From NCBI GenBank assembly GCA_965230975.1, contig OZ246402.1, forward strand, positions 165,771 to 229,770: a stretch of 64,000 nt of DNA, given 5' to 3'. A model generated the notes under the pieces. That model did no database searches. It was not told where the DNA came from and worked only from the letters and a program-made list of their open reading frames with translations. Positions 37,915-46,914 of this stretch are shown here, one piece after another. Every line of letters begins with the position of its first letter. Positions within the stretch are counted from its first letter, which is position 1. Made by a program: the position numbers and the translations under genes. This stretch comes from an uncultured Candidatus Saccharibacteria bacterium. GTDB lineage: Bacteria; Patescibacteriota; Dojkabacteria; J137.

Positions 37915-38382
37915 TTATGCAAATTGAGCAAAAGCTTTGTTTGCCTCTGCCATTCTTTGAACCTCGTCTTTTTTCTTAATTGCAGTACCTTCTTTGTTAT
38001 AAGCATTCATAAGTTCATGGGATAATACAACCCAAAACTCTGTATTTTTTCTAGCATTTCTTGCAGCATCAATAATCCATCTACTTGCAAGAGCCAACTG
38101 TCTGTTAGCGCTTACTTGTACTGGAACTTGAAAGTTAGAACCACCTACTCTTCTAGATCTAACCTCTACCTTTGGTTTAACATTTTCTATTGCTTTTTCA
38201 AAAGCTTCTATTCCTGTGGTTTTTGTCTTTTTTTGTAAATCTTCTATTGCATTGTAAACAATAGTTTGAGCAATGCTCTTTTTACCATCTATCATTAAAT
38301 AATTTGTGAATTTAGAAACTAATTCACTATTGTAAATACCATCTGGTTGTATCTCTCTCTTTGGTGACTGTTTACCTCTCAT
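37915..38382 (-). CDS. rpsG: 30S ribosomal protein uS7
   Basis: MRGKQSPKREIQPDGIYNSELVSKFTNYLMIDGKKSIAQTIVYNAIE... matches uS7 throughout. 155 aa. Confidence 0.9.
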   Translation of the reverse strand: MRGKQSPKREIQPDGIYNSELVSKFTNYLMIDGKKSIAQTIVYNAIEDLQKKTKTTGIEAFEKAIENVKPKVEVRSRRVGGSNFQVPVQVSANRQLALASRWIIDAARNARKNTEFWVVLSHELMNAYNKEGTAIKKKDEVQRMAEANKAFAQFA

Positions 38383-38544
38383 TTGTGTATTTTAATAAAT
38401 AATTAAGAATTAAAAAATCTAAGTTTTAAATTCACTTTGGTAGCCCAAAATTACTATTCTTAACCTCGAATTTTTGACTTTGACTATATAGCCAAATTAT
38501 AAACATACCGTTTTTAAACGGCATGTCTATTATTTGATTACAGT

Positions 38545-39006
38545 TTATTTAGACTTTTCTCCTGCCTTTGGCTTCTTTCTACCGTATCTACTTCTTGCTT
38601 GTCTTCTAGATTCTACTGGAGCAGAATCGTAAACACCTCTTACAATTTGGTATTTTACACCTGGCAAGTCTGGTCTTCTTCTTGCTTTTACTAAAACAAC
38701 TGAGTGTTCTTGCAAGTTGTGACCTTCACCAGGAATGTATGCTGTTACAATTTGCTTGTTAGATAATCTTACTCTGGCAATTTTTCTTAAAGCAGAGTTA
38801 GGTTTTCTAGGAGTCATTGTTTTTACAGCAACACAAACGCCTCTTTTAAAAGGATTTTCCTTTTTGTAGTAGGTATTTTTAACTGCGTTGTAATTGAATT
38901 GCAATGCTTTGTATTTGATAGTTTCAGAAAAAAGCAAACCCTTGAATCTAGTTTGTCCTTTCTTTGGTTTTCTACCAGTTTTTACTAATTGTGATACTCT
39001 TGACAT
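38545..39006 (-). CDS. rpsL: 30S ribosomal protein uS12 with an N-terminal-region insertion
   Basis: [55 protein letters not shown]...[15 protein letters not shown] is canonical uS12. It carries about 22 extra residues between the KKGQ and PFKRGV blocks relative to E. coli S12, and a longer basic C-tail. Confidence 0.9.
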   Translation of the reverse strand: MSRVSQLVKTGRKPKKGQTRFKGLLFSETIKYKALQFNYNAVKNTYYKKENPFKRGVCVAVKTMTPRKPNSALRKIARVRLSNKQIVTAYIPGEGHNLQEHSVVLVKARRRPDLPGVKYQIVRGVYDSAPVESRRQARSRYGRKKPKAGEKSK

Positions 39007-39138
39007 ATCTTATTAAGTTTTAAGTTGAAAGTTTTAAGCTTTAAGTTTAAATAACTTTAACTTAATTCTTTACTCTAAATAAATTAATTAATATTTAGTA
39101 GGCTTACTTGGTATTACCCTTTCAGCCTACGCAAATTC

Positions 39139-42100
39139 TTATGAAATAGCTGCAGGTTCTTCTATTTTTGCGTTTTCATCAAAATCAATTAATGTTTCGC
39201 CATAGTGAGACCTTACATTCCCGCTAATTTTTTCTTGTAAAACTTCTCCAACTGGAATTGGACGTCCGATTATAACATTTTCTTTCAATCCTCTCAAATG
39301 ATCTACTTTACCAATAAGGGCTGCGTCGGTTAGAACCCTAACTTGTTGCTCAAATGATGCTGCAGATAAGAAGCTTTCTGTTCTTAAAGCTGCGTTTGTA
39401 ACACCCATAATAACTCTTTCGAATTTAGCAATCCTCTTTCCTTCTGACCCTAATTTTTGATTTTCTACCATTACGTCTAGAATATCAACATAGTCTCCTG
39501 GTAAGAATAATTCGCTATCTCCGCTATCTTGAATTAAGGCGTATCTACTCATTTGTCTTGCAACAATTTCCAAGTGCCTGTCATCTGCTTCTAAACCTTG
39601 AATACCGTAAACATCTTGAACTTCTTTAATAACATACTTTTGTGCATCGGTTACAGATCTTAGTTTTGCCATTTCTTTAGGATCAATAGATCCAATTGTC
39701 AATTGAGTACCCTTTTCTACATGTTGTCCATCTTGTACTAGTAAGCTAATCATTGAATCTGCTTCTTTTTCTACTTCCATATCTTTTTCGGTTACTAGAT
39801 CTATACTGTTTTTGCTAACAGATGCTACTCCAGTGAAATCTGCCTTTATATCTTTACCACTCTTCTTGCCTAATAAGTCGCCAGCCTTTACCTTTGCACC
39901 ATCTTTTATAGCAATATCTTCTGCAGAATCAAATTCATATTTTTTATGAACTTTCTTTTTATCTGCAATTCTTATTGTTACTTTCTTCTTATCTTCTACA
40001 ATTGTTACAGTACCAGAAATATCGGCTAATAATGCTAATGCCTTTGGAGTTCTAGCCTCAAGTAATTCCTCTACTCTTGGTAAACCTTGAGTAATGTCGG
40101 ATTTTGCAGCTCTAGCGTCAGATTTACTTTTTAGTGTTAACTGAGTTGTTGGTTCTCCAAGGGCTTGAGATGCAATTGTACCAACTGCTTCTCCAATATT
40201 GATAATTTCTCCGGTACCGTTATCTACACCGTAACACTTAATACACATTCCATGGGCTTTTTCACAAGTTAATGGACTTCTAACTTTCACTTTTGTAATA
40301 TTCTCGTTTTCTGCAATTTCTTTTGCTATTTTTGGTGTAATGTATTCATTTCTTTTAATCACAATCTCTCCAGTTTTACTATCTGCCAAGTCTTCTGCAA
40401 CAAATCTACCTTTAATTCGGTTTGCATAAGCTTGAAGTCTAGCTTCTGATTTATCTATAAATATTCCGTTTTCTGTACCACAATCTTCTACATTTACTAC
40501 AACATCTTGAGCTACGTCATGCAATCTTCTAGTTAAGTAACCAGAGTCTGCTGTTCTTAGCGCAACATCTGCGAATGATTTTCTTGCTCCTCTTGCAGAT
40601 ACAAAGTATTCAAAGCTTGATAAACCTGATTTAAAGTTACTCTTAATAGGTAAATCTACGATATTACCTGTTGGGTCAATAACGTATCCACCTACTCCAG
40701 AGATCTTTTTAACCCAAGCACTTACTGGAGTTGCTCCAGACTGGTCAAGGTCAACCAAGTTCTTTGAGTTTTGTTTTGCAATGCTCCAAACTTCGCTTTG
40801 TAGCTTGTCTGCTGCATCTGCCCATTGCTCTCTTTTTAACCACTTTAATTCGTTTAATGTGATTAAACCTTCGTTGTATTGCTCAATAAGTTTGTTTTCT
40901 ACATCTGCAAAGTTTTCTAATCTAGTCTTTAGTTCATCATTTGCACCAAATTCAAATTCTTCCATAGAGATTGACAATCCGTGTTTAGCAGCATATTGGA
41001 AACCTAAAGTTTTAATTTCGTCTAATACTCTAATCGCCTCATCTCTACCATATCTATCAAAGATATTTGCAGATATTTTAGAAATATCACTTTGGTTTAA
41101 TGATTTGTTTACAAATTCATAGTCGCTAGGTAGTGCTTTGTTGAAAATTGCTCTACCAGCTGTTGTTACAATAACCTCACCATTTAAAAGTAATTTAATT
41201 GGATCGCTAAAGCTAATTTTTCCGGTATAGTAGTCTGCAATTGCTGATTCATCTGATGAATAGAATCCAACTGGGTTAGCTTCGTTTCCTTCTAGTTTTG
41301 TTAAGAAGTAAATACCCATGGCCATGTCAAACTTTGTGTGAATCAAAGGTGACCCGTCTCTTAAAGATAAAATATTATCTTTAGCAAACATTCTCTTTTT
41401 AACTTCTTCAATAGAAGCTTCTGAAAGTGGCAAATGAACTGCCATTTGGTCTCCGTCAAAGTCAGCGTTAAAACCTTTACATGTAATTGGGTGCAATCTA
41501 ATAGCGCTACCTTCTATTAATACTGGGTAGAAAGCCAAAATAGATTGTCTGTGTAAGGTTGGAGCTCTGTTTAGTAAAACAGGGTGGTCTTTACTTACAT
41601 CTTCTAAAATATCCCAAACGTCATCTGACTTGCTTTCAAATACAAGCTTTGCCCTTGCAGGGTTTGCTGCATATCCTCTAGCAATTAATTCTCTGATAAT
41701 GAATGGTTTAAATAGTTCTAATGCAATTGTTTTTGGTAAACCACACTGGTCAAATCTTAATTCTGGACCAGCAACAATTACTGCGTTTCCAGAGTAGTCT
41801 ACTCTTTTACCCAATAAGTTTTGTCTAAATCTACCTTGCTTACCTCTTAACATGTCAGATAATGATTTAAATGGCATGCCTCTTGAGTTTAATGAAGGTG
41901 ATCCTGGTTTGTGATTATTATCTAATAAAGAGTCAACAGCTTCTTGAAGCATTCTTTTTTCATTTCTTAAAATGATTTCAGGTGCTCCTAATGCGATTAA
42001 TCTTCTTAATCTATTGTTTCTGTTAATTACTCTTCTATATAGGTCGTTTAAGTCGTAAGTAGCAAATCTACCTCCTGGTAATTGAACAATTGGTCTTAAA

Positions 42101-43086
42101 TCTGGAGGAATTACAGGTAGTATATCCATTATTATTGCAGATGGATTTACGCCGGATTTTCTAAGTCCTTTAAGAATTCGAACTCTTTGTACTAATCTGC
42201 TTCTTTTCATTGCAGATTTGCTTACAGCAAGCTCTGCTTCAATTGTTTCAATTTCTGCATTTATATCTAGCTTTAATAAAAGCTCTTTAATTGCTTCTGC
42301 ACCCATTCCTGCCTCATAAAAGTAGAATGCATATCCGTCTAATAATTGAAACTCCTCTTCTGAAAGAGTTGTTCCAAGTCTCATGTCTTCAATTAAATTC
42401 TTGATATCTGTGAACTTTTTATCAATATTTTCTTCTCTTTGTTTGTATGCAGATTTTATTTTTGCAGCTTCTACTTTTTCTGAATTTCTTAATCTCTCTA
42501 ATTGCATTTCTGCTTTTGATTTATCTTTGTTAGCTTTTCTTACATCTTCTGATTCTTCTTCAAACCTTGCTTTATTTTCGTTAATTTTTGATTCTAATTC
42601 TGTTGCAAGCTCTTCAACTTCTGTTTTTTTGTACTCTTCTAGGTTTTCTAAAGCTTTTTTTCTATCTTCTTCGTTGATTGTGGTTACAACATATCTTGCG
42701 TAATAAATTACGGTTTCAATTTTCTTTTGAGGGATATCTAAGATCAAAGAAAGTCTATTAGGTACACCATTAGAGAACCAAACATGTGCGATTGGAGCGG
42801 CTAGTTTAATGTGACCCATTCTCTCTCTTCTTACTCTTTTGTGCGTTACTTCTACTCCACATCTATCGCAAACGATACCTTTGTATCTAATCTTTTTGTA
42901 TTTTCCGCAATAACATTCAAAATCTCTAGTTGGACCAAAGATCTCTTCTGCCATCAATCCTCCTGGTTCTGGCTTGAATGTTCTATAGTTGATTGTTTCC
43001 GCCTTTGTTACCTCTCCATGAGACATATTTAGTATGTCTTGGGCAGAAGCGATTGTTATCTTGACTGCTGTAAAATCTTTTAACAT
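39139..43086 (-). CDS. rpoC: DNA-directed RNA polymerase subunit beta'
   Basis: 1315 aa. NADFDGDQMAVH catalytic motif and conserved beta' blocks throughout. Confidence 0.95.
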   Translation of the reverse strand: MLKDFTAVKITIASAQDILNMSHGEVTKAETINYRTFKPEPGGLMAEEIFGPTRDFECYCGKYKKIRYKGIVCDRCGVEVTHKRVRRERMGHIKLAAPIAHVWFSNGVPNRLSLILDIPQKKIETVIYYARYVVTTINEEDRKKALENLEEYKKTEVEELATELESKINENKARFEEESEDVRKANKDKSKAEMQLERLRNSEKVEAAKIKSAYKQREENIDKKFTDIKNLIEDMRLGTTLSEEEFQLLDGYAFYFYEAGMGAEAIKELLLKLDINAEIETIEAELAVSKSAMKRSRLVQRVRILKGLRKSGVNPSAIIMDILPVIPPDLRPIVQLPGGRFATYDLNDLYRRVINRNNRLRRLIALGAPEIILRNEKRMLQEAVDSLLDNNHKPGSPSLNSRGMPFKSLSDMLRGKQGRFRQNLLGKRVDYSGNAVIVAGPELRFDQCGLPKTIALELFKPFIIRELIARGYAANPARAKLVFESKSDDVWDILEDVSKDHPVLLNRAPTLHRQSILAFYPVLIEGSAIRLHPITCKGFNADFDGDQMAVHLPLSEASIEEVKKRMFAKDNILSLRDGSPLIHTKFDMAMGIYFLTKLEGNEANPVGFYSSDESAIADYYTGKISFSDPIKLLLNGEVIVTTAGRAIFNKALPSDYEFVNKSLNQSDISKISANIFDRYGRDEAIRVLDEIKTLGFQYAAKHGLSISMEEFEFGANDELKTRLENFADVENKLIEQYNEGLITLNELKWLKREQWADAADKLQSEVWSIAKQNSKNLVDLDQSGATPVSAWVKKISGVGGYVIDPTGNIVDLPIKSNFKSGLSSFEYFVSARGARKSFADVALRTADSGYLTRRLHDVAQDVVVNVEDCGTENGIFIDKSEARLQAYANRIKGRFVAEDLADSKTGEIVIKRNEYITPKIAKEIAENENITKVKVRSPLTCEKAHGMCIKCYGVDNGTGEIINIGEAVGTIASQALGEPTTQLTLKSKSDARAAKSDITQGLPRVEELLEARTPKALALLADISGTVTIVEDKKKVTIRIADKKKVHKKYEFDSAEDIAIKDGAKVKAGDLLGKKSGKDIKADFTGVASVSKNSIDLVTEKDMEVEKEADSMISLLVQDGQHVEKGTQLTIGSIDPKEMAKLRSVTDAQKYVIKEVQDVYGIQGLEADDRHLEIVARQMSRYALIQDSGDSELFLPGDYVDILDVMVENQKLGSEGKRIAKFERVIMGVTNAALRTESFLSAASFEQQVRVLTDAALIGKVDHLRGLKENVIIGRPIPVGEVLQEKISGNVRSHYGETLIDFDENAKIEEPAAIS

Positions 43087-43112
43087 ATTTAATTAATAAA
43101 AGTTATTAGTAT

Positions 43113-43134
43113 GGATTGCGGTTTCCCGCAATCC
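43113..43134 (-). promoter_or_regulatory. strong GC-rich hairpin in the rpoB-rpoC intergenic spacer
   Basis: GGATTGCGG-tttc-CCGCAATCC, a perfect 9-bp stem, in an otherwise AT-rich 62-nt spacer. No adjacent U-tract. Confidence 0.4.
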
Positions 43135-43148
43135 AATAAATTCAAAAT

Positions 43149-46100
43149 TTAAAAACTAGAATCAGACTCCATTAAAGCGGAAACTGTCTCATCATTTCCT
43201 ATAGAATCAACAATTTCTTCAAGCGCCATATCGCTTCTTTCTTCGTCATATTCTGGATTAATTTTATCCATCTTTATTCCTAAACCTGCTAACTCTTTGT
43301 CCAATACATTAAATGATTCTGGAACTGTTGGAGCTGTAATTCTTTGACCTGAAATTATAGCTTTGTAAGCTGCCGCTCTACCAACTACGTCATCTGACTT
43401 AATTGTAAGCATTTCGTGCAATACATGTGGTACTGCGTGAGCCTCAAGTGCCCAAACTTCCATTTCTCCAAATCTTCGTCCTCCTCTTTGAGCTTTACCT
43501 CTAAGTGGCTGTTGGGTTACTAATGTGTATGGGCCAGTTGATCTTGCATGTACTTTGTGATCTGCCAAGTGGTCTAGTTTGAATGTGTATTTCATTCCAA
43601 CTGTTACTTTGTGGTTGAACTTTTCTCCTGTTCTACCATCAAATAGATCAACTTTTTCTACATAATCTAATCCTTGGTCTTTAGCCATTTGGATTAACTT
43701 ATCTAGGTCGTATTCAGCAAAAGGTTGTACTTCTACTTTTACGCCTAATTTATGTGCCAATTCCCCAACATGTGTTTCTAATAACTGACCAAGGTTCATT
43801 CTTCTGATCATTGAGATCGGGTTAAGAATGATGTCTACTGGTCTTCCATCTTCTGTGTAAGGCATGTCTGCTTCTGGAACGATCTTTGTAACTACTCCCT
43901 TGTCTCCGTGGAAACCTGTTAATTTGTCTCCAACTGATATTTTATGAGTTTTAGCTACCCATACTTTAACTTGTTTAATTACACCAGCGTTTAATTTTGC
44001 ACCGCTTGATCTATCTAATACTTGAATTCCAACTACAACTCCATGTTCTCCATGGGGAACTCTTAGCGAGTTGTCTCTAACATCTCTTGCATATTCTCCA
44101 AAGATTGCTCTTAATAATTTTTCTTCTGCTGTTAATTCTGTTTCTCCTTTTGGGGCAATGATTCCAACTAATATATCGTTAGATTGAACATTTGCACCGA
44201 TTCTAACTACACCTTCTTCGTCTAAGTTTCTTAAAGCCCATTCTCCTACACCCGGAATATCTCTTGTTACTTGTTCGTTTCCAAGTTTTGTTTCTCTAAT
44301 TTCTTGTACATATTCTTGAATATGCACAGATGTTAAAACGTCATCTTTAACTAATCTTTCAGAAATTACCATTCCGTCTTCAAAGTTATAACCATCGTAT
44401 ACAACGTAAGCTACTCTTAAGTTAGCACCTAATGCTAGCTCTCCGTTTTGACTACAAGGAGCATCTACTAAGACCTCTCCTTTATCAAACTTGTATCCAG
44501 GTAATACATTTACGCTTTGTGAGAAAGATGAGTTTTGATTTGTTCTTACAAATTTCTCTACTGGGTAAGTTACTTTGTTTTTTTGACCTTTGTATTGAAC
44601 AACAACTTTTTGAGCGTCCGCTTCTATAACTTCACCAGCTTCTTCTGCATAAATTGCTCTACCGGTTGCTTTAACTGCATCTTTTTCAAATCCAGTTCCA
44701 ACAATAGGAGAATCTGCTTTTACTAGTGGAATTGCTTGAGTTTGTGTCTTTGCTCCAATTAATGTTCTGTTAGGGTCATCGTTTCCTGCAAAAGGAATTA
44801 ATGAAAGTCCCATTGCTCCGATTTGTGCTGGACTAACGTCTACTAAGTCTACCTCGCTTGTAGGCACCTTAGCGTAGTTTGCACCATCTCTAACGTAAGT
44901 TGCTTTTTCTAAAATGTTTCCGTTTTCATCTGTATGAATACTTGAGCTTCCGATTTTGTGAGAAGCTTCTTCATCTGCATCTAGGTAAACAATCTCTTTT
45001 AACACAAATGGCATAACTTTAAATTCTTTAATACCCTCTTTTTCAATTTCAGCTAATGCTTTGTCTGTAATTACATCTCCAGCTTTAGCAATTGTTTTTT
45101 TACCACCAACAACATCTGTTCCAAATCTTCTGCCATTTAAGATATCTTTTTTGTCTTTCTCAAAGTTGAACTTGTTAACAACCTGATAGTAAGGTGCTTC
45201 TAAAAATCCAAATTCGTTAATGCTTGTATAGATTGCCATTTGGTTTACCATACCAACAGATGGACCCTCTGGAGTTGTTACAGGACATAATCTTGAGTAA
45301 TGAGAGTTGTGAACATCTCTAACAGAGAATGTTGCTCTCTCTTTTGTAAGTCCTCTTGGACCACCAGCGGAGATTTTTCTTTTTACTTCAAGTTCTGAGA
45401 ATACATTTTCTTGGTCCATGAATCTCATTAATGCAGAGCTACCAAAGAATTGATTAACTGCAGATATGATTGGTCTTGTATTAACAACCATTGCTGGTGT
45501 TACTTTTTCATCTGTAGAGTAAGTACTCATTTTGTCTCGGATGTTCTTTTCCATAATTAGAACACCGATTCTTAACTTTTCTGCTACCAATTCATCTACA
45601 CCTCTGATTCTTCTGTTACTTAAACTATCAATGTCGTCTGATTGTCTTACGCCATGATTTAATTCAAGTAAACATTTCATTACTTCTACAATGTCTCTCT
45701 TTTTTAATGTGTAGTCTGCAACTGTAAAGTCTTCTGTAATGCCAAGTTTTTTGTTTAGTTTATATCTACCAATTTTACCTAGGTAGAATCTTCTTTTGTT
45801 AAAGAAGATGTTATCTATTAATGCTTTTGCATTTTCAATTGTTACTGTATCTTCTGGTCTTAATTTTCTGTATATATCTATTAAAGCTTCTTCTGTATTT
45901 TTTGTTGGGTCTTTTCTTAGTGTTGCATCAATAAAGCTAGCTTCTCCCTTGTCAGAGTCTCCTAATGCTTTTTTGATTTCTGAATCTGAACTGTAACCTA
46001 ATGCTCTTAATAATGTAGTTAATAGGATTCTAGGTCTTTTTTGAAGCAGTTTAATGCTCATTACTCCGTATTTGTTTACTTCAAATTCGTACCAGTTACC

Positions 46101-46580
46101 TCTGTGAGGCATTAGTTTTACAGAATAAAGTCTCTTTTTTGGTGTTGATGCCTTGCTTTCACTAAATAAGACTCCTTCTGATCTTAAAATTTGGAAAACT
46201 ACTACTCTCTCGTTTCCGTTAACCATGAAAGAACCTCTGTCGCTCATGATAGGCATGTCTGCCAAAAAGATTTTTTGTTTTTTAATTTCTCCAGTTTTTT
46301 TGTTAACTAGTCTTATGTTTGCGTGTACGGGTGCGTCGTATGTTAATCCTAATAATTGAGCATCTCTAAAAGAGATTTTTGGTTCACCCCAATTAAAATC
46401 CTCAAAAGATAATTCCCAAGAATTACCTGTGTAATCTGCAATTGGTGATATTTCATCAAATAATTCGTAGAATCCGTTTTCTACAAATTGTCTAAAAAAC
46501 TTCTTTTGAGCCTCCAATAAGTCCATATCCAGGTGTGGAGTTGGGTTCTTGGTGAGGTTTACTCGGGTGACATTTGGCAT
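43149..46580 (-). CDS. rpoB: DNA-directed RNA polymerase subunit beta
   Basis: 1143 aa. Conserved beta blocks throughout (for example GFHGDKGVV, LGQLLETH, RFGEMEVWALE). Confidence 0.95.
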   Translation of the reverse strand: MPNVTRVNLTKNPTPHLDMDLLEAQKKFFRQFVENGFYELFDEISPIADYTGNSWELSFEDFNWGEPKISFRDAQLLGLTYDAPVHANIRLVNKKTGEIKKQKIFLADMPIMSDRGSFMVNGNERVVVFQILRSEGVLFSESKASTPKKRLYSVKLMPHRGNWYEFEVNKYGVMSIKLLQKRPRILLTTLLRALGYSSDSEIKKALGDSDKGEASFIDATLRKDPTKNTEEALIDIYRKLRPEDTVTIENAKALIDNIFFNKRRFYLGKIGRYKLNKKLGITEDFTVADYTLKKRDIVEVMKCLLELNHGVRQSDDIDSLSNRRIRGVDELVAEKLRIGVLIMEKNIRDKMSTYSTDEKVTPAMVVNTRPIISAVNQFFGSSALMRFMDQENVFSELEVKRKISAGGPRGLTKERATFSVRDVHNSHYSRLCPVTTPEGPSVGMVNQMAIYTSINEFGFLEAPYYQVVNKFNFEKDKKDILNGRRFGTDVVGGKKTIAKAGDVITDKALAEIEKEGIKEFKVMPFVLKEIVYLDADEEASHKIGSSSIHTDENGNILEKATYVRDGANYAKVPTSEVDLVDVSPAQIGAMGLSLIPFAGNDDPNRTLIGAKTQTQAIPLVKADSPIVGTGFEKDAVKATGRAIYAEEAGEVIEADAQKVVVQYKGQKNKVTYPVEKFVRTNQNSSFSQSVNVLPGYKFDKGEVLVDAPCSQNGELALGANLRVAYVVYDGYNFEDGMVISERLVKDDVLTSVHIQEYVQEIRETKLGNEQVTRDIPGVGEWALRNLDEEGVVRIGANVQSNDILVGIIAPKGETELTAEEKLLRAIFGEYARDVRDNSLRVPHGEHGVVVGIQVLDRSSGAKLNAGVIKQVKVWVAKTHKISVGDKLTGFHGDKGVVTKIVPEADMPYTEDGRPVDIILNPISMIRRMNLGQLLETHVGELAHKLGVKVEVQPFAEYDLDKLIQMAKDQGLDYVEKVDLFDGRTGEKFNHKVTVGMKYTFKLDHLADHKVHARSTGPYTLVTQQPLRGKAQRGGRRFGEMEVWALEAHAVPHVLHEMLTIKSDDVVGRAAAYKAIISGQRITAPTVPESFNVLDKELAGLGIKMDKINPEYDEERSDMALEEIVDSIGNDETVSALMESDSSF

Positions 46581-46620
46581 AATATAAACCTTAAATTTAA
46601 ATTATATTAAATATAGATAC

Positions 46621-46648
46621 GAAAAAACGTACCAATAATAAGTACGTT
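46621..46648 (-). terminator. terminator-like hairpin plus U-run in the rpoB 5' leader (possible attenuator, or terminator of the upstream gene)
   Basis: Minus strand reads AACGUAC-uuauuauug-GUACGUU followed by UUUUUUC (stem 46626-46632 / 46642-46648). It lies about 45 nt upstream of the rpoB AUG. Confidence 0.4.
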
Positions 46649-46914
46649 GTTATTGATTAATTAAGTTGTGTTGCGTGTCTGTCTTGTGTTTTGACAATTT
46701 TGGTGATATTTTTTAATCAACTGGACGCCAAAAAAGACGTGGTAGAAGTTTACCAGTTAATGCTGTTTTTGTAAAGGTTTGTAACGTTTTTTATTTCTAA
46801 GATAGCTATTATTTTGAAACTATAACTTCTTAACAAATTTATAGTATCAATAAGTTGTAAAAAAATCAAAGAATTAGGTGTTTAAAAGATTGATCTTGTT
46901 GCTAGTAAGACTGT

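Noticed and set aside
39007-39138. Hairpin GTAGGCT-n19-AGCCTAC and repeated AGTTTTAAG motifs between rpoC and rpsL as a terminator or regulatory repeat
   Set aside because: The stem is short relative to a 19-nt loop with no clean U-tract. The short repeats are low-complexity AT-rich sequence and could arise by chance.
39139-46580. Multiple 60-110-aa antisense ORFs inside rpoB, rpoC and other long genes (for example 40781-41122, 42383-42703, 44432-44726)
   Set aside because: They are embedded antisense in highly conserved genes, are Ser/Phe/Leu-rich as expected from reverse-frame AT-rich DNA, and have no start-context support.
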